A stretch of 64,000 nucleotides of DNA from Octopus sinensis (Eukaryota), in the NCBI RefSeq assembly GCF_006345805.1, contig NC_042997.1, positions 52,762,001 to 52,826,000 of the forward strand. Reading direction: 5' to 3'. The notes beneath the pieces were generated by a model. That model was not told where the DNA came from and ran no database searches. It was given only the letters and a program-made list of their open reading frames with translations. The translations under genes were made by a program, and so were the position numbers. Numbering within the stretch: position 1 is the stretch's first letter; each line of letters starts with the position of its first letter. Below are positions 53,491 through 64,000 of the stretch, piece after piece.

Positions 53491-53911
53491 GTGTTGTTGT
53501 TGTGATACGTGTACTCTTTATCCCATTTGAGTTGTTGTTTTGAGGTGTTCCGCTAATTGGATGGTAGTTTTTTTCGAGGTATTGATTAAAGCAGTGATTT
53601 ATTTCTGGTATCACTATATCATCGAAGATTTTATAGCACGAGATAAGTTTCGGCGAGGACTATCCTTTGTTTTGAGTGACAGAGATCTATCAGCTGTTAG
53701 GGTACAGCGTTCGGTAAATTCCGTAAAAATATTTTATGTGTTTTTTTTTTATGTGGAAACGTACATTTCATTTGATGTCAGCATAAAATGAAAGAAAGAG
53801 AAAATGTCAGGGACGTGTGCATATGTTGATGGTGGGGTGCGAGATAGAAAGCGTGTGTTTGAGAGAGAGAGAGGGGGGAGAAGGTGTGTGTTGATGCGTG
53901 TGTGTGTGAGG

Positions 53912-53949
<38 letters not shown>

Positions 53950-54813
53950 CAGCGTACATTTTATAATTTATTTTCCTCGCATCTTTTTTGAGTGAGTGAT
54001 TGAATATTTCGTCTGTTTTTACGTTCTATGTTCAAATTCCGCCGAGGTCGACTTTGCCTTTCATCCTTTTGGGGGTCGATAAATTAAGTACCAGTTGCGT
54101 ACTAGAGTCGATCTTATCGACTGTCCCCCCATCTCCAAAAATTTCGAGCCTTGTACCTAGAGTAGAAAAGTATATTAATTTTATGTTTGAAAGAAAAGCT
54201 GCTTGTTTATGTACATGCTTCTGCGGGTGTGTAAATGGGCGGGCGCATATAATTACTTGTGTGAGTACCTCTGTATATATGTGTAGATGTATCTGTACGT
54301 GAGTGGCGTGCTATATACATACACACGCAAGCACACATATATACATACTTATGAGTAGGTGTGTGTGTCTAGCTGTCTAATTATAGATATTTAATTCTGA
54401 GAGTGGTTTGAACGACAAAATCGAATGATTTTGGATTTGTTGTTGGTATTTAATTCACAGACCATATTAAGAAGAATTAAAACTATAATAACAGGAAATA
54501 AATATTTTGGAAAAGTCACTAATTAAACGGTATTAGCATAATCCACGGTGTGCAACTAATAATCCTCTGGCAATATTTTATGTAAATCTTCTACCACCTG
54601 GTTGTTTACTATGATTGTTAACTGCCTTTTTGCATTTTTCTTGAATTGTATGGAGAAACCTCTTAAACTATCTTACTATCCTCAAGAACACTGGAGGGTG
54701 ATTAATTTGCAGGATCAGATATAATAGAGCGAGAGAGAGGGAGAGGGAGAGAGACAGAGAGAGAGAGTAAGGGGGAGAAATGGCTCTGTTTGTGTGTGCG
54801 CGTATGTATGTGT

Positions 54814-54850
<37 letters not shown>

Positions 54851-56073
54851 TGTGAGTACCTTTGTGGTAAACCACCCGCTGGACGATTGGTCGAGTGATA
54901 CCCAATATTTCGTATAGAAACTTCTCATGAATGAACACACAACGTTCCATTTAAGATAGTAATGTTTTTTATTTATTTATTTATTTATTTATTTTCAAGA
55001 ACAACTTATCTGTCACGCAAAGAGATTTTTAGTCAATATAGAATTTCAGCATTACGCCCGTAATTTGATTTGAAATAAAAAATAGCAAAATTATATATCA
55101 ATATTAGAGAGTAGATTAAGACGGCGAGTTGGTTGGATCGTTAGCACGCCGGGAAATATATCGGCATTTCGTCTGCCTTTACGTTCTAAGTTCAAATTCT
55201 GCCGAGGTCAACTTTGCCTTTCATCCTTTCGGAGCCAACAAAATATGTACCAACTGAGCGCAGGGGTCGATGAAACCGACTATCCCCTCTCCCGAAATTG
55301 CTGGCCTTGTGCCAAATTTTGAAACTAGTATTAAGGTGTCGATTGAGAAATGGTAGATTTGCAGAAATAAAAAACATCAGAAAATACCTTGCGATTTTTG
55401 TGTCCGTTCATATTCTGAGTTCAAATTCTGCCATGGTCAACTTTGTTTTTTACCTCTCCGTGGTCGATAAAATAAAATATAATTATTGAGATCAACTTAA
55501 TCGGCTATTCCTCTCTCGACAAAATTTCTGTTCTTGTGTCTATGTTAGAAACAGTATGAGGCAGTGGAGTGGCAGAAATTACGTCTTTACACATTCTAAG
55601 TTCAAATCGCGCTGTAATCAACTATATCTATTTTCTTTTCATCTGCCGAAGTCGTTAAAATAAAGAAGTATTAATTAATTACTGGCGAAAGTTTAATCCA
55701 CTAACCCTTCCCTCTCTCAAAACAATTTCTTACCTTCGGCGTATTAATTTAGAAATCAATATTAGAACGTCTTAACGTAAAGTATAAAGCCAATGTTAAA
55801 ATAAGAGATAATATGATTGTTACTAGATTAGCTTCTAACTTGAAGCAAAAAGACTAATTATTATTTAATACATTATAGTAATTAGCTGGGCGGTTTGGGA
55901 TTCTGAGTTCAAATATTGCCTGAGTAACAAGATACTAGATAATCTGGATTTTGTAATTGTTTTATCAAGTGCCTGTCCTGAGAGATGAGACCTATGATCA
56001 AGAGGGTTCCAGATGTGCCCATCGCACCTTATTTTCAAACATAGTGTATCCACGATTACAATATCAGCAGTGT

Positions 56074-56833
56074 CCAAGGCGGTGAGCTGGCAGCAACGTT
56101 AGCACGCCGGGGTCGGTAAATTAAGCACCAGTTACGCACTGGGGTCGATGTAATTGACTTGATCCGTTTGTCTGTTCTTGTTTGTCCCCCCCCCCTATGT
56201 TTAGCCCCTTGTGGACAATAAAGAAATAAGAAACGTTAACATGCCGGGCGAAATGCTTAGCGGGTTTCGTCTGCGGCTACATTCTGAGTTCAAATTCCGC
56301 CGAAGTCAACTTTGCCTTTCATCCTTTCGGAGTCGATAAATTAAGTAGCAGTTACGCACTGGGGTCGATATAATCGACTTAATCCGTCTGTTTGTCCTTG
56401 TTAGTCCCCTCTGTGTGTAGCCCCTTGTGGACAGTAAAGAAATAGGTATTTCGTCTGTCTGTCTTTACGTTCTGAGTTCAAATTCCGCCGAGGTCGACTG
56501 TGCCTTTCATCCTTTCGGGTCGATTAAATGAGTACCAGTTACGCACTGGGGTCGATATAATCGACTTAATCTATCTGTCTGCCCTTGTTTGTCCCCTCTG
56601 TGTGTAGCCCTTTGTGGGCAATAAAGAAATAAGAAACGTTAGCACGTCGGGCAAAATGCTTAGCGGTATTTCGTCTGCCGTTACGTTCTGAGTTCAATTT
56701 CTGCCGAGGTCGACTTTGCCTTTCATCCTTTTGGGGGTCGATAAATTAAGTACCAGTTGCGTATTGAGGTCGATCTAATCGACTGTCCCTCCTTCCTTGA
56801 AAATTTCGGGCCTTGTGCCTAGAGTAGAAAAGC
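56074..56833 (+). mobile_element. Multimeric SINE family D (4 units) inserted into a family E repeat, 13-bp TSD
   Basis: TSD atatcagcagtgt at 56061-56073 and 56834-56846. Confidence 0.9.
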
Positions 56834-57649
56834 ATATCAGCAGTGTTCTACTTCTAAGATATGGTATGATATGAGAAAGATTTGGTAGATACTTTTAGTT
56901 GATCAGGGCACTAAGCAGAGGGTCCGACATTAATTCCGTTATTATAGAATGGTCTTATTTTATAAATAATAGGATTAACCTATAATACTGGTCCTCTCGA
57001 CTTACTGACATAATGACTAATTTATATGCATGCTAAATGTGCTTACATCACAGAAAGAAACTTAGTTGTTTTACATCATCACAATTCTATTTTACATAAT
57101 AACATGTATTAAGCCATATATTTACATATTATATCGATAAAAAAATATCCATGCCACGAGAACTTGACATTAAATTTTAAACTTGCAGTTTGTTTTCTTA
57201 TTTCACCTCTGTCATGTTTCTGTATATCTTTCACACACATACACACACACACATTTCGGTAGTCTTATGTTTACTAAAGTTGGCAGGATTTTAATATTCA
57301 TCGTCATTGTACATAATCCATGCATGTATGAATATCCACGTTTTTCATCTACATAAATGCAAACGCGCGCGCGCGCGTACACTCACACATACACACATTT
57401 CAAATACGTTAAAGTTCTTTGGGTTTAAATGTTCATTATCATTGTACGTAATCACCGCTAGTATGCATGTATGTGTGTATGTATGTATGTATGTACTCGA
57501 CTACGTACATGCAAACACACACACACTCACACATAAATGCATTTATACATATACGTTGAAAGAGAGGGATAGAGAGAGAAAGAGAAGGAAATAGAGAAAG
57601 TTAAAGAGATAAGAATATGTGTATATATTGATTATATACAAATAACTTG

Positions 57650-57651
57650 CT

Positions 57652-57718
<67 letters not shown>

Positions 57719-57727
57719 GTATGTATG

Positions 57728-57782
<55 letters not shown>

Positions 57783-57842
57783 TCTGTGTGTGTATGTATG
57801 TATATATATATATATGTATGTATGTGTATGTATATATATATA

Positions 57843-57873
<31 letters not shown>

Positions 57874-57875
57874 GG
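57650..57875. repeat. (TA)n/(TG)n compound microsatellite
   Basis: Read directly from the sequence. Confidence 0.9.
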
Positions 57876-58299
57876 GAAAATATGTTAATGAAAATGAGGA
57901 GACAAAGCGATAAAGAGAGAGTAGTTGAGTAAATGCGCGCGCGTGTGTATGTGAGGGAGGGAGGAAGGGAGCGGGAGAGAGAGAGAGAGAAACTTAATAA
58001 AAATGATTTCAGTGGACCATAAAAGATGAACAAAGAGGTAAGAGATGAGGTCAGCAAATAAAATATAAAAAAAAAAAAATCAATGCACAGTAGAGTTCCG
58101 GGAGCTTTCTTGATGCTTTTCAATACATGCAGATATTGACACACGAATTACTGCAGGCCAAAAAATATAAGATGAAGAGATGAGGAAAAAGAAAAAAAAA
58201 ATAGAAACTGCTATTATAGATTCAACTAAGCGTTTGTGAAGAAGTCATATGCCTATTGTGAACGTGTCTCATTGAACCGGAGCCTGAGAGATAATTCCC

Positions 58300-58470
58300 T
58301 TTTAAAATTGCTAATCCTTTTGGATAACTCAGAACGGACTTACTGGAAGATCTAAGGTTTGCTGTTGGGGTATTAACTGGATAGCGGGGATTACTTTGAG
58401 GCAGAGGTTTGTGACATATTCTTAAAACTTAGAATGAAACGAATTTTCTGGACGTAACCTGACCAGAATT
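58300..58470 (+). mobile_element. Possible highly decayed Penelope-like RT fragment
   Basis: NETNFLDVT motif with a weak upstream GLY.D-like remnant; heavily frameshifted. Confidence 0.3.
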
Positions 58471-58740
58471 AAACAGTTCAAAAAGAATGAATTGAATTAA
58501 TTTCTATATACATTTTGACTGTTGTTGAATTGGGTGAAACAAGAGATAAGCTGCCAAATAGCTGAGACGAATGTAGTTTCAATCTCTTTACTTACTCAGC
58601 GATACTCCTGGTAGAAAATGTCATATATAGGTGCAGATATAGCCATATATCAAGTAATTCGCTTTACAATCACATGGTTCCGAGTTCGAGTCGCCAGCGC
58701 AAAGACTGTATGTGTATATGACATATGAATACGCTTGTGT

Positions 58741-59342
58741 AAGGCGGCGAGCTGGCAGAGACGTTAGCACGCCGGGCGAAGTGCTTCGCAGTATTTCGCC
58801 CGTCGCTACGTTCTGAGTTCAAATTCCACCGAGGTCGACTTTGCCTTTCATCCTTTCGGGGTCGATAAATTTAGTACCAGTTACGCACTGGGGTCGATGT
58901 AATCGACTTAATACCTATGTCTGTCCTTGTTTGTCCCCTCTGTGTTTAGCCCCTTGTGGGTAATAAAGAAATAGGTATTTCGCCCGTCGCTACGTTCTAA
59001 GTTCAAATTCCGCCGAGGTCGACTTTGCCTTTCATCCTTTCGGGGTCGATAATTTAAGTAGCAGTTACGCACTGGGGTCGATGTAATCGACTTAATACCT
59101 ATGTCTGTCCTTGTTTGTCCCCTCTGTGTTTAGCCCCTTGTGGGTAATAAAGAAATAGGTATTTCGCCCGTCGCTACGTTCTAAGTTCAAATTCCGCCGA
59201 GGTCGACTTTGCCTTTCATCCTTTCGGGGTCGATAAATTAAGTAGCAGTTACGCACTGGGGCCGATGTAATCGACTTAATCCGTTTGTCTGTCCTTGTTT
59301 GTCCCCTCTATGTTTAGCCCCTTGTGGGTAGTAAAGAAACAT
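58741..59342 (+). mobile_element. Trimeric SINE family D (184-bp units) with 18-bp TSD
   Basis: Units start at 58791, 58975 and 59159. TSD atatgaatacgct(t/c)gtgt at 58723-58740 and 59343-59360. Confidence 0.92.
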
Positions 59343-60563
59343 ATATGAATACGCTCGTGTGTTTATGCATTGTTGTTTTGCCCTAGGCCAGAGCTGTTAG
59401 AGAAGAACTATAATCAAAGGCATTCAAACAATCGTTTTAAGGATGTTAAAGCAACATTATTGAATGTCTTCTCATTTTATTTATGAGGTTAGATATCATT
59501 AAAATTTGACTGTAATTTCTAGCAACTCGAGCGACCATATAGAGGCTGTCTTGTTGGTTCGTCTGTATCCGAACACATGTTAACGCAAAACGGTATTGAT
59601 TAGTCGCCCTTTATGATAAAAGGTAGCCTAACCATACAATAAGCAGAGATCGATAAAATAAGTGTGAGGCTGAAATAAATAACACTGATGTTAATATGGA
59701 GAAAAAAAAAGAAAACCCATTGAAGTCGGTAGCCCAGCATAACCGCAGCTCAATGACTGAAGCAGATAAATGAATTAAATAATATACCCCAATTCTTGCC
59801 TCCTTAAAAATTAGCTATTTGTACCTTGACAAAAGGGGACTAATATTTCCATGGTTGTTGGCGAGCCGAGTAAACCATGAAGTAAGTTGCCGACTGGGTA
59901 AAACTGAAATCAGTTTTGGTTTTCATTTGAAGTCTGTTCACAATGCTCTTTCTTTGACGCCTTTGAGAAAAACGTACATAACACTGAATCGCGTTCATCT
60001 CCAAAAAAACATGTGACATTTCATTTTGAGAAATATTTCGCTTTCTTTACTGTTTTCAGATTTACATGTCAGGAATATATGATCGTTTTACCTGTTAAAC
60101 TTGTAGCCAGATCTCAAGTATCGGAAGCGTGCTCATATACATAAAAACACACATAACTTTCGACTGCCTTTGAAAAAAAAAATAGAAGAGTGTATTGCCT
60201 AATGTAGTCTGAATTAAAACTACATCTGAAAAGCTATGTGGCCATAGAATCACACTGGTCATGGGTTTACCTGATCAGAGCTGGGCTCTGGCTCAACACT
60301 GTTGGCGAACAACGACAACAAAAACAATAAATCAATCAGCGCTTTAATAGAACTATACTTCGTCAACTATAAATTATCATTGTCCAACCTAAGATAGCAA
60401 CTCATCGAAAACCATGCTATCAGTCACACAGTTGAACCAATGTTCTTTTGGTCTATAATTATCAAACCATAACCATTACTTAGCTAGGATCCTAGTTATC
60501 ACTAACACAATTAAACAATCGACTCAAATTCATGCACTGTAGGAATATCAAATATACATATAT

Positions 60564-60795
60564 ATTTCTTTACTTCCCACAAGGGGCTAAACACAGAGGG
60601 GACAAACAAGGACAGACAAACGGATTAAGTCGATTACATCGACCCCCGTGCATAACTGGTACTTAATTTATCGACCCCCGAAAGGATGAAAGGCAAAGTC
60701 GACCTCGGCGGAATTTGAACTCAGAACGTAACGGCAGACGAAATACGGCTACGCATTCCGCCCGGCGTGCTAACGTTTCTGTCAGCTCGCCGCCT
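60564..60795 (-). mobile_element. Monomeric SINE family D with 16-bp TSD
   Basis: TSD tcaaatatacatatat at 60548-60563 and 60796-60811. Confidence 0.9.
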
Positions 60796-61576
60796 TCAAA
60801 TATACATATATTGTAATAGTTTTATTTTATTGTTCAATCCAGACTTCATGAATTGAGACGCCAAAGTGTGAAATAATTTTGCATTCTATGACTAATTCTC
60901 GTAGTCAATATGGTGCCACACTAATTATACTTCTTTTTATAGTGAGATTTAGTTTATTAAAATTATTTAAGCTAACTCAACGTTACTGTTTACACTTATG
61001 CTTAAACAAAATGTAAAGAAAAAAAAAGAAAAAAAATCTCCGTAAAAATATATAATTTGAAAGTTAATGAAGTCTTCGCAATGTGCGTTAATAAGTATGG
61101 AACTGTTTCCAGTTCATAACCATGTTTTTTTAAAATGCATTACTAAAGACTAATTGCTCTTTCTAAAAGTAGTAATACGTATTTCAAATTAATTGAATCA
61201 TTGGTTATATATTCAAAAGGATCAGACAAGGTCTGTTTCAACATATGACTTCCCATCAAGGATCTTACAAATCAAATACAAACACGAGGTTATATCCAGT
61301 TTAGAAAAAAAAAGCTGTAATCCTTTCTGAAATCTACACTAAAACGTTAACAGCTAGAATTAATTACATATTAATTATCACTGACTTTTTAGCTCAACAT
61401 TAAAATTAACATTTACTTGACATAATTTTCTATTTAAATAATATTAAACATATTAATTTCTGGTACGTATCATTTTCTTCTTACTACTACCGACATCATT
61501 AATATGTGCGTTTAATTAGTTTACACACAGACACACACACTATGTGTGTGTGAGCATATATGTGTATGTATATATA

Positions 61577-62829
61577 CAAAGGTTGGACAAAATAATGGAA
61601 CACCTTAAAATTTCAAACAAATTAATTTTAATAAGGGGTAGGACCGCCTTTTCCCGTAATTACAGCTTGAATTCTCGTGCAAAGTTTGAATTGTTCTTAA
61701 AGGAATTTTTGTCCATTATTCATCTGCAACAGTCTCCAGTTCTTGTAGTGATGATGGTGGAGGATATCGACTTCTTACTTGTTTTTCTAAAATGCACCAT
61801 AACTGTTCAATAATATTTAGATCTGGGGACTGTGGTGGCCAGATAAGATGTTCAACTTCACTAGAATGTTCCCCGAGCCATTCAGTAACAACTTTAGCTG
61901 TGTGAATTGGGGCATTATCATCCTGAAAGATTGCGTTTCCCTCCGGAAACAGTTTCGCAACCATAGGATGAATTTGATCAGATAAAATGCTTAAATAATC
62001 TTCTATTATTTCTGCCATGAAAGGAAATCATTGGGCCAGTGGATTTCCAAGATACAGCCCCCCCCCCAGATCATCACAGATCCTCTTCCATGTTTAACAG
62101 TTGGAAAAAGGCAGTCTGGGTCAAATGCTTCTTTTGGCTGTCTCCACACGTATACTCGGACAGTGGTCGGAAATAAAGTAAAGGATGACTTGTCCGAGAA
62201 AATAACATTCTTCCACTGCTCTAGGGACTAATTCTGTAAGTTTTTACTCCACCCTAAACGCTTTGCAACGTTTGTTTTTGAAAGTAGTGTTTTCTGATTG
62301 CAGCCCTCCCGGGAAATCCAGCTTTGTGCAGCTCCCGGCGAACAGTTTTTGTGGAAACTGGGTTCTCGAGGTGATCATTAAGCTCTGTAGTAATTCTGGG
62401 AGCTGTACTTTTGTGAGACTTTCTAACAATTTGCGTAAGAGTCCAACGGTCCCAATATGAAAGTTTTGGTTTTCTTCCGGTGTTTTGCTTCGACGAGGAG
62501 GTTTTCCCCTCTTTCTCAAAGGCTGTCATTACTCTCAAAGACACTACTTCTTGATACAGCAAACATTTCAGCTGTTTTCATTACGCTAGCGCCTGCCATA
62601 CGAGCACCAAGAATTTGACATCTTCGAAAGTCCTATAGATCTGTCATTTTTAATGAATTTTAATTACCTTTTTCTAATGAAAAGAAACAGCAATTTTAGC
62701 AAAACATATTAAGCAACACTAATAATAAATCATCAAACAAAAAATAAACAAGCTTTTGACGGATTTATAGATATTTCAAAATTATGATGCTATGATGCTA
62801 GGTGTTTCCATTATTTTGTCCAAACCCTG
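61577..62829 (-). mobile_element. Full-length Tc1-type DNA transposon (1253 bp)
   Basis: TIRs of about 28 bp (caaaggttggacaaaataatggaacacc and cagggtttggacaaaataatggaaacacc), TA at both ends, inserted in a (TA)n tract. Confidence 0.92.
61628..62647 (-). pseudogene. Tc1-family transposase pseudogene, DD36E spacing
   Basis: MTDL*DFRRCQILGARMAGAS..GRKPKL..VIFSDKSSF..TVKHG..VMIWG..FQDDNAPIH..WPPQSPDLNIIEQLW..GGPTPY*; stops and frameshifts present. Confidence 0.9.
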
Positions 62830-62868
62830 TATATATACATACACACTTATATATATGTATATATATAT

Positions 62869-62976
<108 letters not shown>

Positions 62977-63113
62977 CACGTGATCACGTGACCAACCAGA
63001 CCATCAGATCTTTGTTACACATCGCTGGTCACAATGCGTTCGCATTGTTTTAGCCTTCGAATGACGCCACCCCGCTGGCTAAGTGAGCAGGCAATATGTA
63101 TGTATGTATGTGT

Positions 63114-63151
<38 letters not shown>

Positions 63152-63469
63152 CTAAACTCAACTTACGTTGAAAGTTAAAGTTTTCTGCAAAATATGGATC
63201 GTTGATCCTGTTCATGCTATATTATTAGCATTATCCTGCGTTTGAGTGCTCAATACTGCATTTGTGGATAAATAATTTCTCTATTTGTGAAATAAGGCTA
63301 CCATTGGTTTCATGTTAAGGAGATTGATTTCCAAACTGGAGGCGAACATCTTTCTCCATGTGATCGGCTTGAAAAATTGTTAAGATACATGGATATTCTC
63401 CTACTCTTCTTAACATGAAACCAATGATACCCTTATTTTACAAATAAAGAATATATATATATCCCACAT

Positions 63470-63990
63470 ACCCCACCTCTACCTCACCGTCAGCCTAACC
63501 CACACCCCACTCTTGCTTTCCCTACTCTCGCCTCCCCAACATCCCAACACCATCACACCACACACCACTACACCATACACCACCATACCACACAATACCA
63601 CATCACATCACATCACACCACCACGCACACAGTAGTACTGACCATTTCCCAGCTCCACATCCACACACGCACACGTCAAAGTCACCAGCCCTCTTCCACA
63701 TGCACATACATGTTCTCTTATACACACGCACGCGCACCTTCGTTTTGGGATCACCACTACTTTATTATCTCTCCTTCTTCCTAGCTCTCCTGTGATGATA
63801 GATCGCTAGCCACTACACATTCTTTATTTTCTCTCCTTGTTTCTTTCTGCGTTCCTTTCTGTGGAAGAGCGTAGGCTCGAAACGTTAAAGATTTTTTCAC
63901 TTCCCGAGCGTTAAACTAATATATCTATTTATTGTCTACACCACGTGTCTTCGTCTTTTGTTTTTTGTTTTTGTTTTCTGCCCCTTTTGT
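63470..63990 (+). mobile_element. Penelope-like element terminal (pLTR / 3' UTR) remnant
   Basis: C/A-rich low-complexity tract followed by ctgtggaagagcgtaggctcgaaacgtt, the CTGA.GA...CGAAAC terminal signature of PLEs in degenerate form. Confidence 0.6.
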
Positions 63991-64000
63991 TTTTGTTCAA

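Noticed and set aside
33861-59340. Regular ~180-bp repeat units suggesting a CRISPR array or tRNA genes
   Set aside because: There are no unique spacers, the context is eukaryotic, and the units are SINE bodies. A/B boxes are present but there is no cloverleaf.

Overview
AT-rich eukaryotic (metazoan) genomic DNA made almost entirely of repeats. The SINE, microsatellite and retroelement content resembles an Octopus-like coleoid cephalopod genome; this is an inference and cannot be verified here. I found no supportable host protein-coding gene. Most ORF-track entries are translations of microsatellites, SINEs or decayed transposons, so the window is probably intergenic or intronic. It contains about 25 tRNA-derived SINE copies from several modular families and many fragments of restriction-like-endonuclease (R4/Dong-type) non-LTR retrotransposons that abut (AAT)n tracts and stack head-to-tail. 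It also holds RTE LINE fragments, a gag-like ORF1 remnant with an 800-bp tandem duplication, Helitron derivatives, a hAT MITE, a full-length decayed Tc1-type element with DD36E spacing, and a Penelope-like end with a degenerate minimal hammerhead motif. The most interesting observations are two local inverted templated insertions (one with two donors), multimeric SINEs inside single TSD pairs, microsatellite-bounded tandem duplications, and a pre-miRNA-like 19-bp hairpin in unique sequence. I see no clear evidence of a new multi-gene system.
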